From assembly GCA_951406725.2 (NCBI GenBank), contig OX597816.1:112778001-112842000 (forward strand): a stretch of DNA of 64,000 nucleotides. Reading direction: 5' to 3'. The position numbers and the translations under genes were made by a program. Shown one piece after another: positions 1 through 11,853 of this stretch. The notes beneath the pieces were generated by a model that saw only the letters and a program-made list of their open reading frames with translations, made no database searches and had not been told where the DNA came from. The number at the start of each line of letters is the position of its first letter. Position 1 is the first letter of the stretch. This DNA is from Octopus vulgaris. Taxonomy: Eukaryota.

Positions 1-64
1 TTTGAATGCTTAAACTATATACTGTTTCAACTCGTATGAGAATATGATACTTAGTTAATCAGTT

Positions 65-270
65 TGCTATTGTTGTTTATACACACTGGGCAGTCCTGAT
101 CTAAATAACATATAGTCAAAAGCATTCTATTCCATATAGTCAAAAGCATTAATCAATCCATATTTCTACCTCACTAACTTGTCCTCCTTTTTATAAATGA
201 TATTATATGATTTGAGAAAAATTTGACTGCTATTTGTAGCAGGCTGAGTGATGTTGTGGAATCTTATAAT
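65..270 (+). repeat. Unclassified interspersed repeat (family X), degenerate copy
   Basis: Shares blocks (…caaaggcattc…; …gatttgagggagatttggctgctatttctagcagg…) with copies near 14590-14785, 23785-23945 and 25030-25240 (+) and 17860-18030 and 42305-42515 (-). Contains a tandem duplication of catatagtcaaaagcatt. Confidence 0.55.
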
Positions 271-310
271 TAATCAGGTACAGCACCGAGGCAGTATCTA
301 CAATAATTCA

Positions 311-352
311 TGTATGTATGTATGTATATATATATATATATATATATATACA
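311..352. repeat. (TATG)n/(TA)n microsatellite
   Basis: Direct read of the sequence. Confidence 0.95.
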
Positions 353-359
353 TACACTC

Positions 360-930
360 TATACTGTTTTCTCTTTCATCCTTTTCTCTAATTCCCTTTT
401 CTTCCTTTCATCATTTTCTATCTGTCTGTCTGTCTCTCTCTCTCCCCTCTTTCTATCTTTTTCTCATTGCTCACACGTGACCATCACCCACCTTTCTTTT
501 CCTCACATGATCATCATTCTTTTCTGTCAGGACTATCCTAAGGACTGGACATATCCCATCTCTCTCTTTTATCTTTCATCTTGTCAAAGAAAATATTTCT
601 CTAGTGTTTGCTACTTTACCCTCATTCTGGTCTAATGACCCTCCATGTTTGTTTTCGTTCGGTTTCCTTGTATGTCTCCACTGTCCTGTTCTTGTTCCCA
701 ACTTGGACCCTCCATAAATCCCAAATTTTATTTTGGTACTTATGGGAGCAACTGTCTTCTGAGATTTATATTGTCGTTCACTGCTTGAAATTAGGAGTTG
801 ATGGAGAGCCGACAACTGATGAAGGGTCATTGTTTGTGTTACTTGTCCTGTTTTCCATTTGTTTCTCTTGTTTGTATATTGAACTCTGTTGTTTTCATGT
901 TGTTTACTGTTTGTGACATCTTCTACCCAT
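360..930 (+). repeat. Pyrimidine-rich repeat terminus between two (TA)n tracts, possibly the end of a Penelope-like element
   Basis: Bounded by (TA)n on both sides, with a T-rich 3' tail like the termini at 2995-3165 and 14330-14525. Contains CTGATGA. No coding evidence. Confidence 0.3.
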
Positions 931-933
931 ATA

Positions 934-972
<39 letters not shown>

Positions 973-974
973 CT

Positions 975-1395
975 ATAAGAAGTGACAAAGGAATATATTC
1001 AGCATATTTTGCTTTATGAATTCATTAAAGGCAACAATTCAACGGAAATTGTGAGGAATATTAATGCAGTATATGGGGATCAGACAATAAGCATAAGCCA
1101 GTGTCAATGGTAGTTCCAGAAATTCCAAGCCAAAAACTACAGCCTAGATGATGAGCCTTGTCCTGGAAGATCTGCAGAGCTTGACAAGGACGTCCTACAA
1201 ACCCCGGGGGAACAAAATCTCATCATAAATGTCGAGGAACTAACAGAGTAGTTTCGATTTGGTCATTCAACCATTCATCGACACCTGCATGCCATTAGAA
1301 AAGTCAGCAAATTGGGTCAATGAGTTCCTCACAAACTTTCCATGTCTAATCGCATGCATTCATGAGACATTCTGTTGTATCTCACGAATGAACCA
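975..1395 (+). pseudogene. Mariner transposase N-terminal (HTH) fossil
   Basis: Frame from 988 reads KEYIQHILLYEFIKGNNSTEIVRNINAVYGDQTISISQCQW*FQKFQAKNYSLDDEPCPGRSAELDKDVL…GHSTIHRHLHAIRKVSKLGQ*VPHKLS. This is colinear with the mariner HTH region and the WVPHEL motif, with several stops. Confidence 0.9.
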
Positions 1396-1449
1396 AGAGA
1401 GAAACACAAAAACACACACACAAATATATGCACATATATGTATATATAC

Positions 1450-1612
1450 GACAGGCTTCTTCCAGTTTCCATCTACCAAATCCACTCGCAAGGCTTTGGT
1501 CAGCCCAAGGCTATAGTAGAAGACACTTGCCCAATGTGCCATGCAGTGGGACTGAACCCAGAACCATGTATAGAGTTGCAAAGCCAGCTTCTTACCACAC
1601 AACTACGCTTGT
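1450..1612 (-). mobile_element. SINE-A (tRNA-derived), 5' half
   Basis: Reverse complement of the head of the 11854 copy, including B-box GGTTCAGTCCC. Confidence 0.85.
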
Positions 1613-2026
1613 TTATTATGTTACATAGATATCCCTAACCAATTCATTCATATATGATCAAAGGTTTTTTGGAGGCTGCATTAACAAAAGACAAAACAGG
1701 GGATTGGTGTATAAAAGCTTCATTTCCCAAGAATATTTAGAATTTGACCAACATCATCTGCATTTGTGAGCATTTTGACACAAGATTACATGACTTTGGG
1801 CACGTTGCCATTTTAAAGATTGTGTGACTTTCATCTAAACATGCAAGTCATGTATCTACCTAGAAGCTCTTGCATTGACTCAAGGATGAAGTTATAAGAC
1901 ATAAATATCTTTGCATAATTTCTTTGAAAAACATTTTTAGCTGTTTGTGATCTCATTATGTAACACCTTAGAAAAATGTTTACAATTGAAGACTATGTAG
2001 AAGATTCTCTCAGGTGTGTATGTGTG

Positions 2027-2061
<35 letters not shown>

Positions 2062-2063
<2 letters not shown>

Positions 2064-2435
2064 AGATGCAATGACCCAGTGGTTAGGGCAGTGGACTTGC
2101 AGTCATAGGATCGCAGTTTCGATTCTCAGACCGGGTGTTGTGAGTGTTTACTGAACGAAAACAACTTAAGCTCCATGAGACTCCGGTGGTAGTGGGGGTG
2201 AACCCTGCTGTTCTTTTTCACTACAACTTTCTCTGACTCTCTTTCTGTTTCTGTTGTACCTGTGTTTCAAAGGGCCAGCCTTGTTACACTCTATCATGCT
2301 GAATCTCCCCAAGAATTACATTAAGGGTACACTTGTCTCTGGAGTGCTCAGCCACTTGCATGTTAATTTCATGAGCAGGCTGTTCCATTGATTGGATCAA
2401 CTGGAACACTCATCATCATAACTGACGGAGTAACA
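2062..2435 (+). mobile_element. SINE-D (tRNA-derived), full-length, tail type 1
   Basis: A-box-like TGACCCAGTGG and B-box-like GTTTCGATTC. Head is homologous to 25692-26005 (-). Flanked by (TA)n. Confidence 0.8.
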
Positions 2436-2649
2436 TGATGATATATATATATATATATACTGTATATACACATATACATACAGAGAGAGAGAAAGAGAGA
2501 GAGTTTGATGATGGCTTAATTGGCGCAAAAATTTGAAGTCATTGTCAATACAGTTCTTGTTAAAAAATGAATTTGTATGCTGCCACAAATTTTGAGTAAT
2601 CCTTCAGATTAATGTAAGATTGGTTTTATTATAATGTAAAAAAAACATT

Positions 2650-2657
2650 TATATATA

Positions 2658-2693
<36 letters not shown>

Positions 2694-2779
2694 TGTATGT
2701 ATGTATGTATGTATGTATGTATGTATGTATGTATGCATGCATGCATGCATGCATGCAAGCAAGCAAGCAAGCAAGCAAG
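2650..2779. repeat. Compound microsatellite (TA)n-(TATG)n-(CATG)n-(CAAG)n
   Basis: Direct read. Confidence 0.95.
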
Positions 2780-3406
2780 CGCAGGTGTGGTTGTGTAGTA
2801 AGAAGCTTCCTTCCCAACCACATGGTTCCAGGATCAGGCCCACTATGTGACACCTTAGGTAAATATCTCCTACTATAGCTTTGGGCTGACCAAAGCTTTA
2901 TGAGTGGAGTTTGTAGACAGAAACTGATAGACGCTGATTTTATATATATATATAAATAGATAGTTTCAGTATCCACACACACACATATATATATGTGTAA
3001 CTACCTGAACTGGTCATGACTTCTGGTACTTGAGTGAGGAAAGAAGGCCACAAATGACCCATGTTTTTTTGCCTGTCCTTCTAATTGTTGTTTCTTTTGT
3101 CCACCTTTGTTTTGTCTGTCTGTCCAAATGTTTTATTGTCCTCTATTGTGTTTTTGTTCCATATATATATATAATGTGTCTTTGCATCTGTGTTTGTCCC
3201 TCCATCACCACTACCACTGCTTGACAACCAATGTTGGTGTGTTTACATCCCTTTAACTTAGCAGTTCCACAATAGAGATCAATCGCATAAATACCAGGCA
3301 TTAAAAAAGAAAAGTACTAGAGTTGATTCATTCAACTGAAATTCTTCAAGTTGGTGTCCCAGTATGGCTGCAGTCTAATGACTGAAACATGTAAAATATA
3401 AAAGAT
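2780..3406 (+). mobile_element. SINE-A, interrupted in its central microsatellite by a Penelope-terminus-like fragment (~2995-3165)
   Basis: Head 2780-2940 and tail 3175-3406 align with 11854-12244. The insert is homologous to 14383-14520. Confidence 0.8.
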
Positions 3407-4789
3407 ATATTTATATAAGTCTGCTCATGTTTATACTACATAAATCTGGTGTTGTGTTTATTTTGTAGTACTTTATATCTTAAAACCTAGCAGTTCAATA
3501 AATAGAGACCAATGAAAAGAATACTAGACATATCATCTGTCAAAATGTTAACACAACTGATTGGGAAATACTTAACTATTCTCACTCTTTCCCGCTCCTC
3601 AGTCTCACACTTGTATTGGCTAAACCTACTAAAATGCTCTTCTATCATCAACAATGACTTTGTATTTTGAAAAGGCCTTTGAGAATCACTATGCAGTGAA
3701 TACAGCTAAAATAAATTCAAACAATGCCAATTACTGTTCTTTCTTATATTAATCAAATTTTTCATTGAATTTGATTTATATTAACATTTACTGCATAAGA
3801 AAAAAAAAATTGAGCTTATATTTTTCATATTTTTTCTCATAGTTTTTCTTAAAAATACAAACAAACAAGCAAATAAATAAATAGTTTCACTATCCATATA
3901 GAGGTTCTTTGAAAGAGTAAAATTGTACTTGGTTAATGAAGCAGATATCCTTAAGCTTGTTTCTACAACTGAATATATATCAACTGCATCTATTGATAAG
4001 AATAGTTCCATTCAGAATTGCATATTTACTGTCCTTCAGCAATTCCATACAGTAGATTTTTTTTATTGATAATCAATTTGCCTGAAACACAGATTTTATT
4101 TTAATATTGCAGGATGTATATGTGTTTAGAAAGTTTGTATTTCTCATTGCACACTCACTCACACACATATATATATATATTGGGGTAAGATATATATTTG
4201 CGTATGCTTAAATAGATGACATTGTTGCTTTAGTTCTGTAACTATAAATATTTATCTTTGCATTTATGAGAGAGAGAGAAACTGTTGTATTTATGTCCAA
4301 CACTGGCCTTTGTATAAATGCATGACACCTTTTCATTTTAATTATGAATGTATGCATATGAGTTACTGTACAATCAAGTTTATGGTCTACAGAAATTTTT
4401 GCTCAGTTACACAAGTTTGGAAATGAACAGTATATTTATAGAAAGAGAGAGAAACTATGTAATAAAACAGTGATTTTTATATAGGGTTGCAGCACTTCTT
4501 TGGAGGCATTGTGAGCTCATAAAGGAATGGAAAAGGCTAAAAGAGTGCTATGAGAGGTGTTTCGTGTTTAGAGAGGTCAGGATTTTTCGTAATAAATCAG
4601 GTACAACACTTATATTTTCAATGCATTTTCAAAAATGTCTTTTTGGGCAATTAGAATATCAGTGGGACATTATGTTATTAGTAAGCAGAAAACATAATTG
4701 ATGATGCACTGAAGCCCAATATAATTTCTTGATTAATTTGTATAGAAATTTAATATAGGGATCTGTCTCTTTTCCCCCATATACTTGCT

Positions 4790-5230
4790 TACTGGAATCC
4801 ATAGACATCCAATGTTAGCAAACATGTTCGGCTTTGTTCTCTGTTTTCCCCAACAACTTGGTGCTTATTGGAGACCAGGCTTTCTGAAACCAACTGTTTA
4901 GGATATCAAGTATCATCAGTATCTTCTTTTGCTGGCTTCTTTCTTTCAGTTTTCCAGTTGTCACCAAATGCTCAAAGATTCTTCTTCTCATATGTTATCC
5001 AATGAACTAAACCTGTGGACTTATTTTGAAAAACCTTTCTGGTAGCTTTTGCTCTTCTACAGAGCACTAGTCCATTCAAATATTGAAAGGCATATACTTG
5101 TTGACATAGTATAAGAAAATTGGCTTCAATGGGATTAAAAATTTTCTTTCCTTGTTAGAACATGTGACATTGTAAAGTACCATTTGGTGAAAAGGGACAC
5201 TGATCTACAAAGGATTGAGAGCTTCTGGTC
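4790..5230 (-). pseudogene. Ancient RTE-clade LINE RT C-terminal fossil
   Basis: Minus strand reads …VLCRRAKATRKVF…FIG*HMRRRIFEHLVTTGKLK…MFANIG, matching the RTE/BovB-type C-terminus (GHIMRR..LE.LVTTGK.EG). Stops and frameshifts present. Confidence 0.65.
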
Positions 5231-6553
5231 TGAAATAATAGTAGAAAAAGCTACATTATCATTTCTCTCTCAAACCTTAATAATGTCAAGTTGTAAGATG
5301 TTTTATTTCTTTTTTTTTTCTTTGATGTGTTGTTGATTTTGTGCAAAAATTCTGTAGAATTCAGTTTTGGGTTTTTTAAAATTTTGTTTTTAGTTTGGGT
5401 TTGCAGTTTTGTTACTCTTTTCCTGAGGTACATATCTACTAAACACTATTAAATGGATTGTTTTGTCAATCAGAAGTTAGATTCTTGAATTGTTTGGTAG
5501 CAGCATTTTTAACAACCAAAGTTACTCTATGAAGGAGAACAAGCTAATGAGAATAACTTAAATGTTCCACTGGCATGAATAAATAAATAAATAAGTGGTG
5601 ATTTACTGAATTATATATACTAATCATTCTGAATGAATTGAAATTTCCCATTTAGTTGAAGCAAAAGGAAATTTTTGTAGTAATTATTAGAAATTCTCAA
5701 AGAAAAAAGGGGAGATAATTTTTAGGAATTAAGAACTAATTTTCAAAAAATAATTTTCATGCTTAATGGGAAAATCTGAGATTTGTTTGCATAGAAAGAA
5801 ACAGTTAAGGACATGTTTCTGTCTTACTGGAGCTCATCAGCCAAATACTGTCTATTGAAGTCTTTACATAGTCTTTACATATATAAAGAACAATTCACAA
5901 AGATTTAGCTTGCATTAGTAAAATATAAAATTAGCTATGAGAAATTACTCAAGTGAGCCACATGTATGAATTTTTGATTATTAAACTAAAGGACCAAGTA
6001 GTAAATGATATATGTACAAAATTCTCAGTTAACTGAAATTTTTCTATAAATCTAAGAAACCAAAAATGTTGTGGTAAACAAAATCTAATCTGTGTTGTAT
6101 TTGCCCTTTTGTAATATTGCACTTGCATGGTGACCAAGAAGATTTTTTCGATCATATATATTAAATGTAAAAAATTAGTTTAGATAAAAACATATTACAA
6201 CTGAAATACTACTTTGTTTCAACTAATTTTTAAAATAATGAACAATTTGCTAAAGTAACCTTGTTATTATTACGCTGATGGTTATAATATAAATTAGCAT
6301 GAAAAATTTTAATTTTTGAGGAAATATTTTAATTTGCATCCCTTTCAAAAAAAACATTTCCATCTTAGGACTAAGAGCAGTTTCAGGGTTGATGCCAAAA
6401 TGGTTGTCTTCATTTGATTGTGTAATTGCTGTTGAGGACACACTTGCTCCAGAATGAGAGAGATATTTTTTTTTTCTTTTCTACTTGTTGGTTGCTTGCT
6501 GGGATAACTGCCTGCAGTTGTATGCTGACAACATATTGAGGGAAGCTAATCAA

Positions 6554-6745
6554 TTAACCCTTTTGATACCAACCTCCTTTAGACCGCCTTAGGTTCTATG
6601 ATACAGACATCTTATTTTGAAGTGATTGAGATTAAAACATTCTATCAGAATTCCATGTTATGTTCCAAACACCAGTTTTATAATGACAAAGTCATTTTAC
6701 TCCCTTCTTCATTAATTTCAAAACTAATTAAAAACTAATGCCAAA
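6554..6745 (+). mobile_element. piggyBac-like MITE fragment (one end only)
   Basis: Starts TTAA-CCCTTTTGATACC, i.e. a TTAA target followed by a CCC terminus. The second TIR was not found. Confidence 0.45.
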
Positions 6746-7172
6746 ATCAAAAATCATCATCATCATCACCATTATTATTATTATTATTATTTTAGAATCA
6801 TGCTTGTAAGAGGATTAATAGAGATGAAAACAAGGCACTAGTTGCTGCTTTGTCATATATATATATCACATATACAATTCTTCCATATCATATGCTTTTT
6901 TTGCTTTTCCAGCCTTTGCAATTTTGTTTGTTACATTTTCCTTCCAGTTTTTACATGCTAGTTTATTTACATAAGTATAGTCATCTTTCTGTCTTATGCG
7001 TTAAAATCTCTTACCACAACTGTTTCCAGTAATAAATACCAAATGCAGAGTATTGTTGTTCTTTATACTATTCTTAAACTAAAATTCAACATCTGGTCTC
7101 CATGTAAGTGTTTAGTATCAGCAAGTTAGAAGTTGATAGTTGCTGAAAGGTTTGTAAGCAAAGAAACCAATG

Positions 7173-7216
7173 AGTGCCTTGTGAGTGAATTTGGTAAATG
7201 GAAAGTGTGTGGAAAC

Positions 7217-7262
<46 letters not shown>

Positions 7263-8062
7263 AGTTGTCCGGAAAGTTTGTGCCGATTTATAGTAGCTTA
7301 CCTTTCAATTTTTTTAGAATATGGTTGAGTCCATAAAATAGGATTTGACTACACCTCCATTTAGAGTACAGTTTTAGCTATCTTTTTGTGGAAGAAGGTT
7401 TATGTTCCTATAACCTGTATTAATTCTGTAATCCTTTAAAATGGAAGATAAGAAAGTTCATTTTCGGCACTTGATGTTTTGGGAACCAGACGAAAATTGC
7501 TGCAGCTCGGCTGTGGCTGTGTTACCCCACCCACCATATTCACCAGATGTTGCTCCTTCGGATTTCCACTTATTCAGATTTCTGCAGAATAGTCTTAATG
7601 GAAAAATTTCACTTCCTTGGATGACGTAAAAAGATACCTTGATGAATTCTTTGCCATGAAACCACCTCAATTCTGGGAAGAGGGTATTTTCAAGTTAAAG
7701 GAAAGATGGAGACGCATTGTGCAACAAAATGGTTCGTATTTGGTTGATTAAAAATCTAATGACAAGTATTTATTGACCTTTTTCTTTCCTTTAAAAATCA
7801 GCACGAACTTTCTGGACAACCCAATGCACACACACACACATCTTTGTGTGTGTATGTCTTTATGTTCTTCCACCATCACCACTCCTGTTTGACAATCTAT
7901 GTTGGTTTGTTTACTTACTTGTAACTTATTGGTTGAGCAAGTAGTATAAGTACAAGACTTCAAATATATCTACAGGGGTCAAATGTTTGGCTAAATCCTT
8001 CAATATGGTGTCCCTGTATGGCTATAGTCTGCTGGCCAAAATAATTTTTAAAAATAAAAGAT
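7173..8062 (+). mobile_element. SINE-A (partial) interrupted by a mariner element
   Basis: 7173-7220 and 7825-8062 align with the middle and tail of SINE-A. Confidence 0.7.
7260..7824 (+). mobile_element. Internally deleted mariner element (565 bp) with both TIRs
   Basis: ~30-bp TIRs TTGAGTTGTCCGGAAAGTTTGTGCCGATTT and AAATCAGCACGAACTTTCTGGACAACCCAA, flanked by TA and TG. Encodes MEDKKVHFRHLMFWE joined to VLPHPPYSPDVAPSDFHLFR (YSPDLAP motif), then FWEEGIFKLKERWRRIVQQNGSYLVD* in another frame. Confidence 0.93.
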
Positions 8063-8586
8063 AAAGGAGATCCTTTTAAGGTGGATAAAAATACTAAACC
8101 AGGGAAGCAAGATTGGTTAAACTATGAGAAAACCAAGTCTGTTACCTGTAGTATTTGTTCTAAGTTCTTGCATTTCTGACAACAACACCTGCAATGGCAC
8201 TGGTACAAAGCTGTATCAGCTGAAGTTGGCAATCTTTTCCTTGGATAAACATTAGTGACATGGAGAGAGTAAGCTCGAATTAATGTGCAACTGACAGACT
8301 TCCTCAAATATATCTTGCCTCATCTCATGGTTGGTCTTGACCAACAGAAACCTTTATAGAGTCTGACAGACACAGGATTTCAGTATTTCATGAAATGTAA
8401 CTATTAGAACTTTCTGAAATACTTTAAAAGTTCTTGGAACTTTATACTTTTATTCTTCAGCATCAGTAAAGTACATTGGTGTTACATTTCTTGATTATAA
8501 ATATAAGTTTGAGTGGACAAACATTTAAACAACAATATCATTGTAATATACATGACAGCAAATTATTTCAGTATTTATGACACTTC

Positions 8587-8624
<38 letters not shown>

Positions 8625-8962
8625 TGCAAATGACAAAGATTTATCATTGTAAGTTTATAAAACTTGTACATTAATAAATATGAAGTTATAAAATCTATTG
8701 TTAATTTAATACTCCTGCAATTGATAATCACAATGTATTCACCAATCTAACAAAAGATCATGATACAAAAACTATATTTTAAAACAGTCAACAGCATGTG
8801 TATAATTTAATGGTTTCATCATTTGATTACATTGTTTTTTTGTTTTTTTTATGAATAAATATATATTTTGAGAAAACATCTTTATGCAAAATTCCATTTG
8901 AAAATGTAATGCAAGTATGTTTTCTGTTTTATGCTAGTAACAGAATTAATGTTTAGATAACC

Positions 8963-8995
<33 letters not shown>

Positions 8996-9165
8996 AGTAT
9001 TTTACAAGTTGAGGTCTCTTCAAATGTCATATGAAAGCCAATCACTATGGTTCAAGAAGCTTCCACTTGTAATACAATATAAATGCATTACATTATCCAT
9101 TGAGCACATTTTATACTGTATATGTTATGCAAATGTTATCTGATCCATATGTGTGTCAGGGGTGG

Positions 9166-9510
9166 TAGATGTTGTATAACTATGGTTAAGAATTTGGTTT
9201 CATAATAACAAGATCCTCGGTTCAATTCTAGTATGTGGCATCTTGTGCAGATGTTATTTTCTATAACCTTAGGCTGACCCATATCTTGTGAGCAAAACTG
9301 GATAGACAGAAACTGTTTAGAAACCTGTCAATTGCATTGTTCTTGTGATTCAAAAGTTAAAGCTTTGTCACACACAGAATGTCACTCTGAGTTTGCCTGA
9401 GTATTGCATGAAGAGTGCTCCTTTCTCTGGAATGCTCAACTACTTACACTTGAATTCAGGAGCAGGTGATTCAGGTGGTTTAAATCCTCATCATTAAATA
9501 ATGGAAATTT
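9166..9510 (+). mobile_element. Chimeric SINE: SINE-A head plus SINE-D tail type 1
   Basis: 9166-9330 matches the SINE-A head. 9340-9510 matches 2255-2430, degenerate. Confidence 0.6.
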
Positions 9511-10198
9511 ACTACCACCACCACATTGTGTGTGAGTGAGAGAGAGAGAGAGAGAGAGAGAGTGGGGGTGGAAATGCAGACATAGTTATATAGTGAAAAA
9601 GTTCACTTTACTACCATGAGATTCTGGGTTCAATCTTATTGAGTGGTTATTTTTACTGCACTCAAATTTTGATTAACCTTAACCACGGAGAGCAGTTTTA
9701 TGTACCAATCTGACTTTTGTTGGGGAATGTCATTTTTTAAACTATTTCTTGCTGGGTTATTTCAAGTTTGTTGAGACAACATGGATGCAGAAAATACCAG
9801 TTCTATTCTTTGGTTGGTATTTATCACTACTGGAATAATCATGAAATCTGATTTTGCAAGTTCTTTACACATGGATAAATGCACATGTGCATGTATGTGT
9901 ATATAATATACTCACATACACACACATATTATGTTGGGGTGAAAACATCTATACTTACTCTGAAGTGATCCGTATTAATGTCCAATTCAGATTTCCTCCT
10001 TTACAGCAAAGTCCACACTGTAGTTTGTATCTTCACAAGCAGTTAAAGAAGAACCTATCAGCGTACTCGCTCAGGGGTCAATATAATCAAACTAGAGCCC
10101 TTGAAGTTAGGGCCCAGAGATGGCCAAATTCACTGAAATAAAAAAAGTCAAGTGTGTATGTGTTTGTGTGTGTGTACATGTGTATTTCTGTTTCCACC

Positions 10199-10440
10199 AC
10201 CATCATTTTAATATTTGGTTATCCTTGCTTGCATTGGTCACATGAAATTCGTTGAGACAAATTTTGCACCATTGAACACCCTTTCTGTCACAAGCCCTCA
10301 CCTGTTTTCAAGCAATGTAATATTTCCCCATTACCAGACATATTTTTTGGGGTGATGTGAATAAATTATCCTGCTTGTTATAACAGTGGCACTCATATAC
10401 AACTATCATGTGACATCAAGATAATAGGACATAAACACAC
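10199..10440 (-). mobile_element. RTE-tail-related repeat with (GAT)n end
   Basis: Begins catcatcatttt…, similar to 36320-36510 and to the reverse of 60430-60618. Confidence 0.5.
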
Positions 10441-10494
10441 AAACCCACATGTAGGCAGTCACACTCATACACATGCATGCACTCATACATATAG

Positions 10495-10625
10495 GTATAG
10501 GACTTTATGTAGTTTCTGTCAGCCAAATTCTCTCACAAGTCTTTGATAAGCCCAGGGATATTATAATAGAAGACTGAACCCAATACCATGTACTTGGGAA
10601 GAGAACTTCTGGCCCATGCTTGTAC
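10495..10625 (-). mobile_element. SINE-A head, degenerate
   Basis: Reverse-complement similarity to the 11854 copy. Confidence 0.65.
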
Positions 10626-11853
10626 ATATATTTAGTGGTTTATTTTTCTGGCTTCAGTTATTGAGCTGTGGTTATACTGAGGCACTAGATTCTTATTAGT
10701 ATAGCCAATTGTATTAACTTCAGTTTTTATTTTGTCAATCTCAGAAGGATGAAAACTGAAGTGGACCAAGAAAATATTGGAATTCCAAGCATAAAAGTAT
10801 GTATCTGGAATACCACATCATATTTTATCTGACACTCCACTTATTCTACTACACAGTGTGTCTAAGTATCTTTAGAAAATGCTAAAGTATGACATTCTAA
10901 ATATTTTTAATAAGCTAAAGCTTATTATTAAAGAAAATTTTGTTATTTATTTTTCAAAATTTTATTTTGCTATTTATGTTGTATGAGTTACAGGTTATTT
11001 GAATGGTAAACTAACCTACCCACAGTACCCTCTAATGAAATTCAAATAGGTTATGTTTACTTACATAATTACATAGTGAACCAATTTCTTTGAGATATTG
11101 ATAGATATAACAGTCAGTGGTGCAAAATATATTCACTGACATTCTCTTGTTTGCATACATTAATTTTTCAGTTAAATAGTCAGTCAAATATTTGCTTCAA
11201 TTATGAGAGTGTGTGCCAGTAGGTGCACATTAAACATTGTCTTGCTAAGCGTCTGAGATGAGTTGTCATTAATAAGATTAACAGTTTTTGGACTATTAAC
11301 CTCGTTTTTGGAGATAAAAGATGAAAGAGTTTTTCAATATTTACATTATTTTCAATATTTACATGAATACTGCACTTCGATCGATTTGATCTCTGATTGA
11401 CATCAGCTGTCTTATTCTTGGATGTGTACATAGTACCAGACTGGATTTTCAACTAAGAATCGTTAATTCTAAACTAAGGTAAATAACACATTCTTATCAA
11501 CTAAGCCACTAGCACATATATCACTTACTTCATATTTCTTTTAGTGGTTAAGAGTACCCTTACTCTTACTCACTAGTTCAAAACCATATTATGTACAGCT
11601 GCCAGAAATAAGACACCTGATGATGATGATGATGATGAAGATCAGATCGCTCAAACTGAATTATCTATTCTGTGCTATAGATGTAAAGATTGAACAGTCT
11701 TCCATTTCTAAAGATGAAGTTAATAATCTAAAACATAATAATCATGTTTTAATTAGCTTCCATCTAAAATAAGACATGGAAGAGAACAACAAATAATAAG
11801 TTAATATATTCATTATTTTATGCAATATTTATATAAATTATAAATAATTAATA

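Noticed and set aside
8146-8360. Minus-strand coding exon ending at CAG|GTAACA
   Set aside because: No recognisable protein similarity and an ambiguous acceptor.
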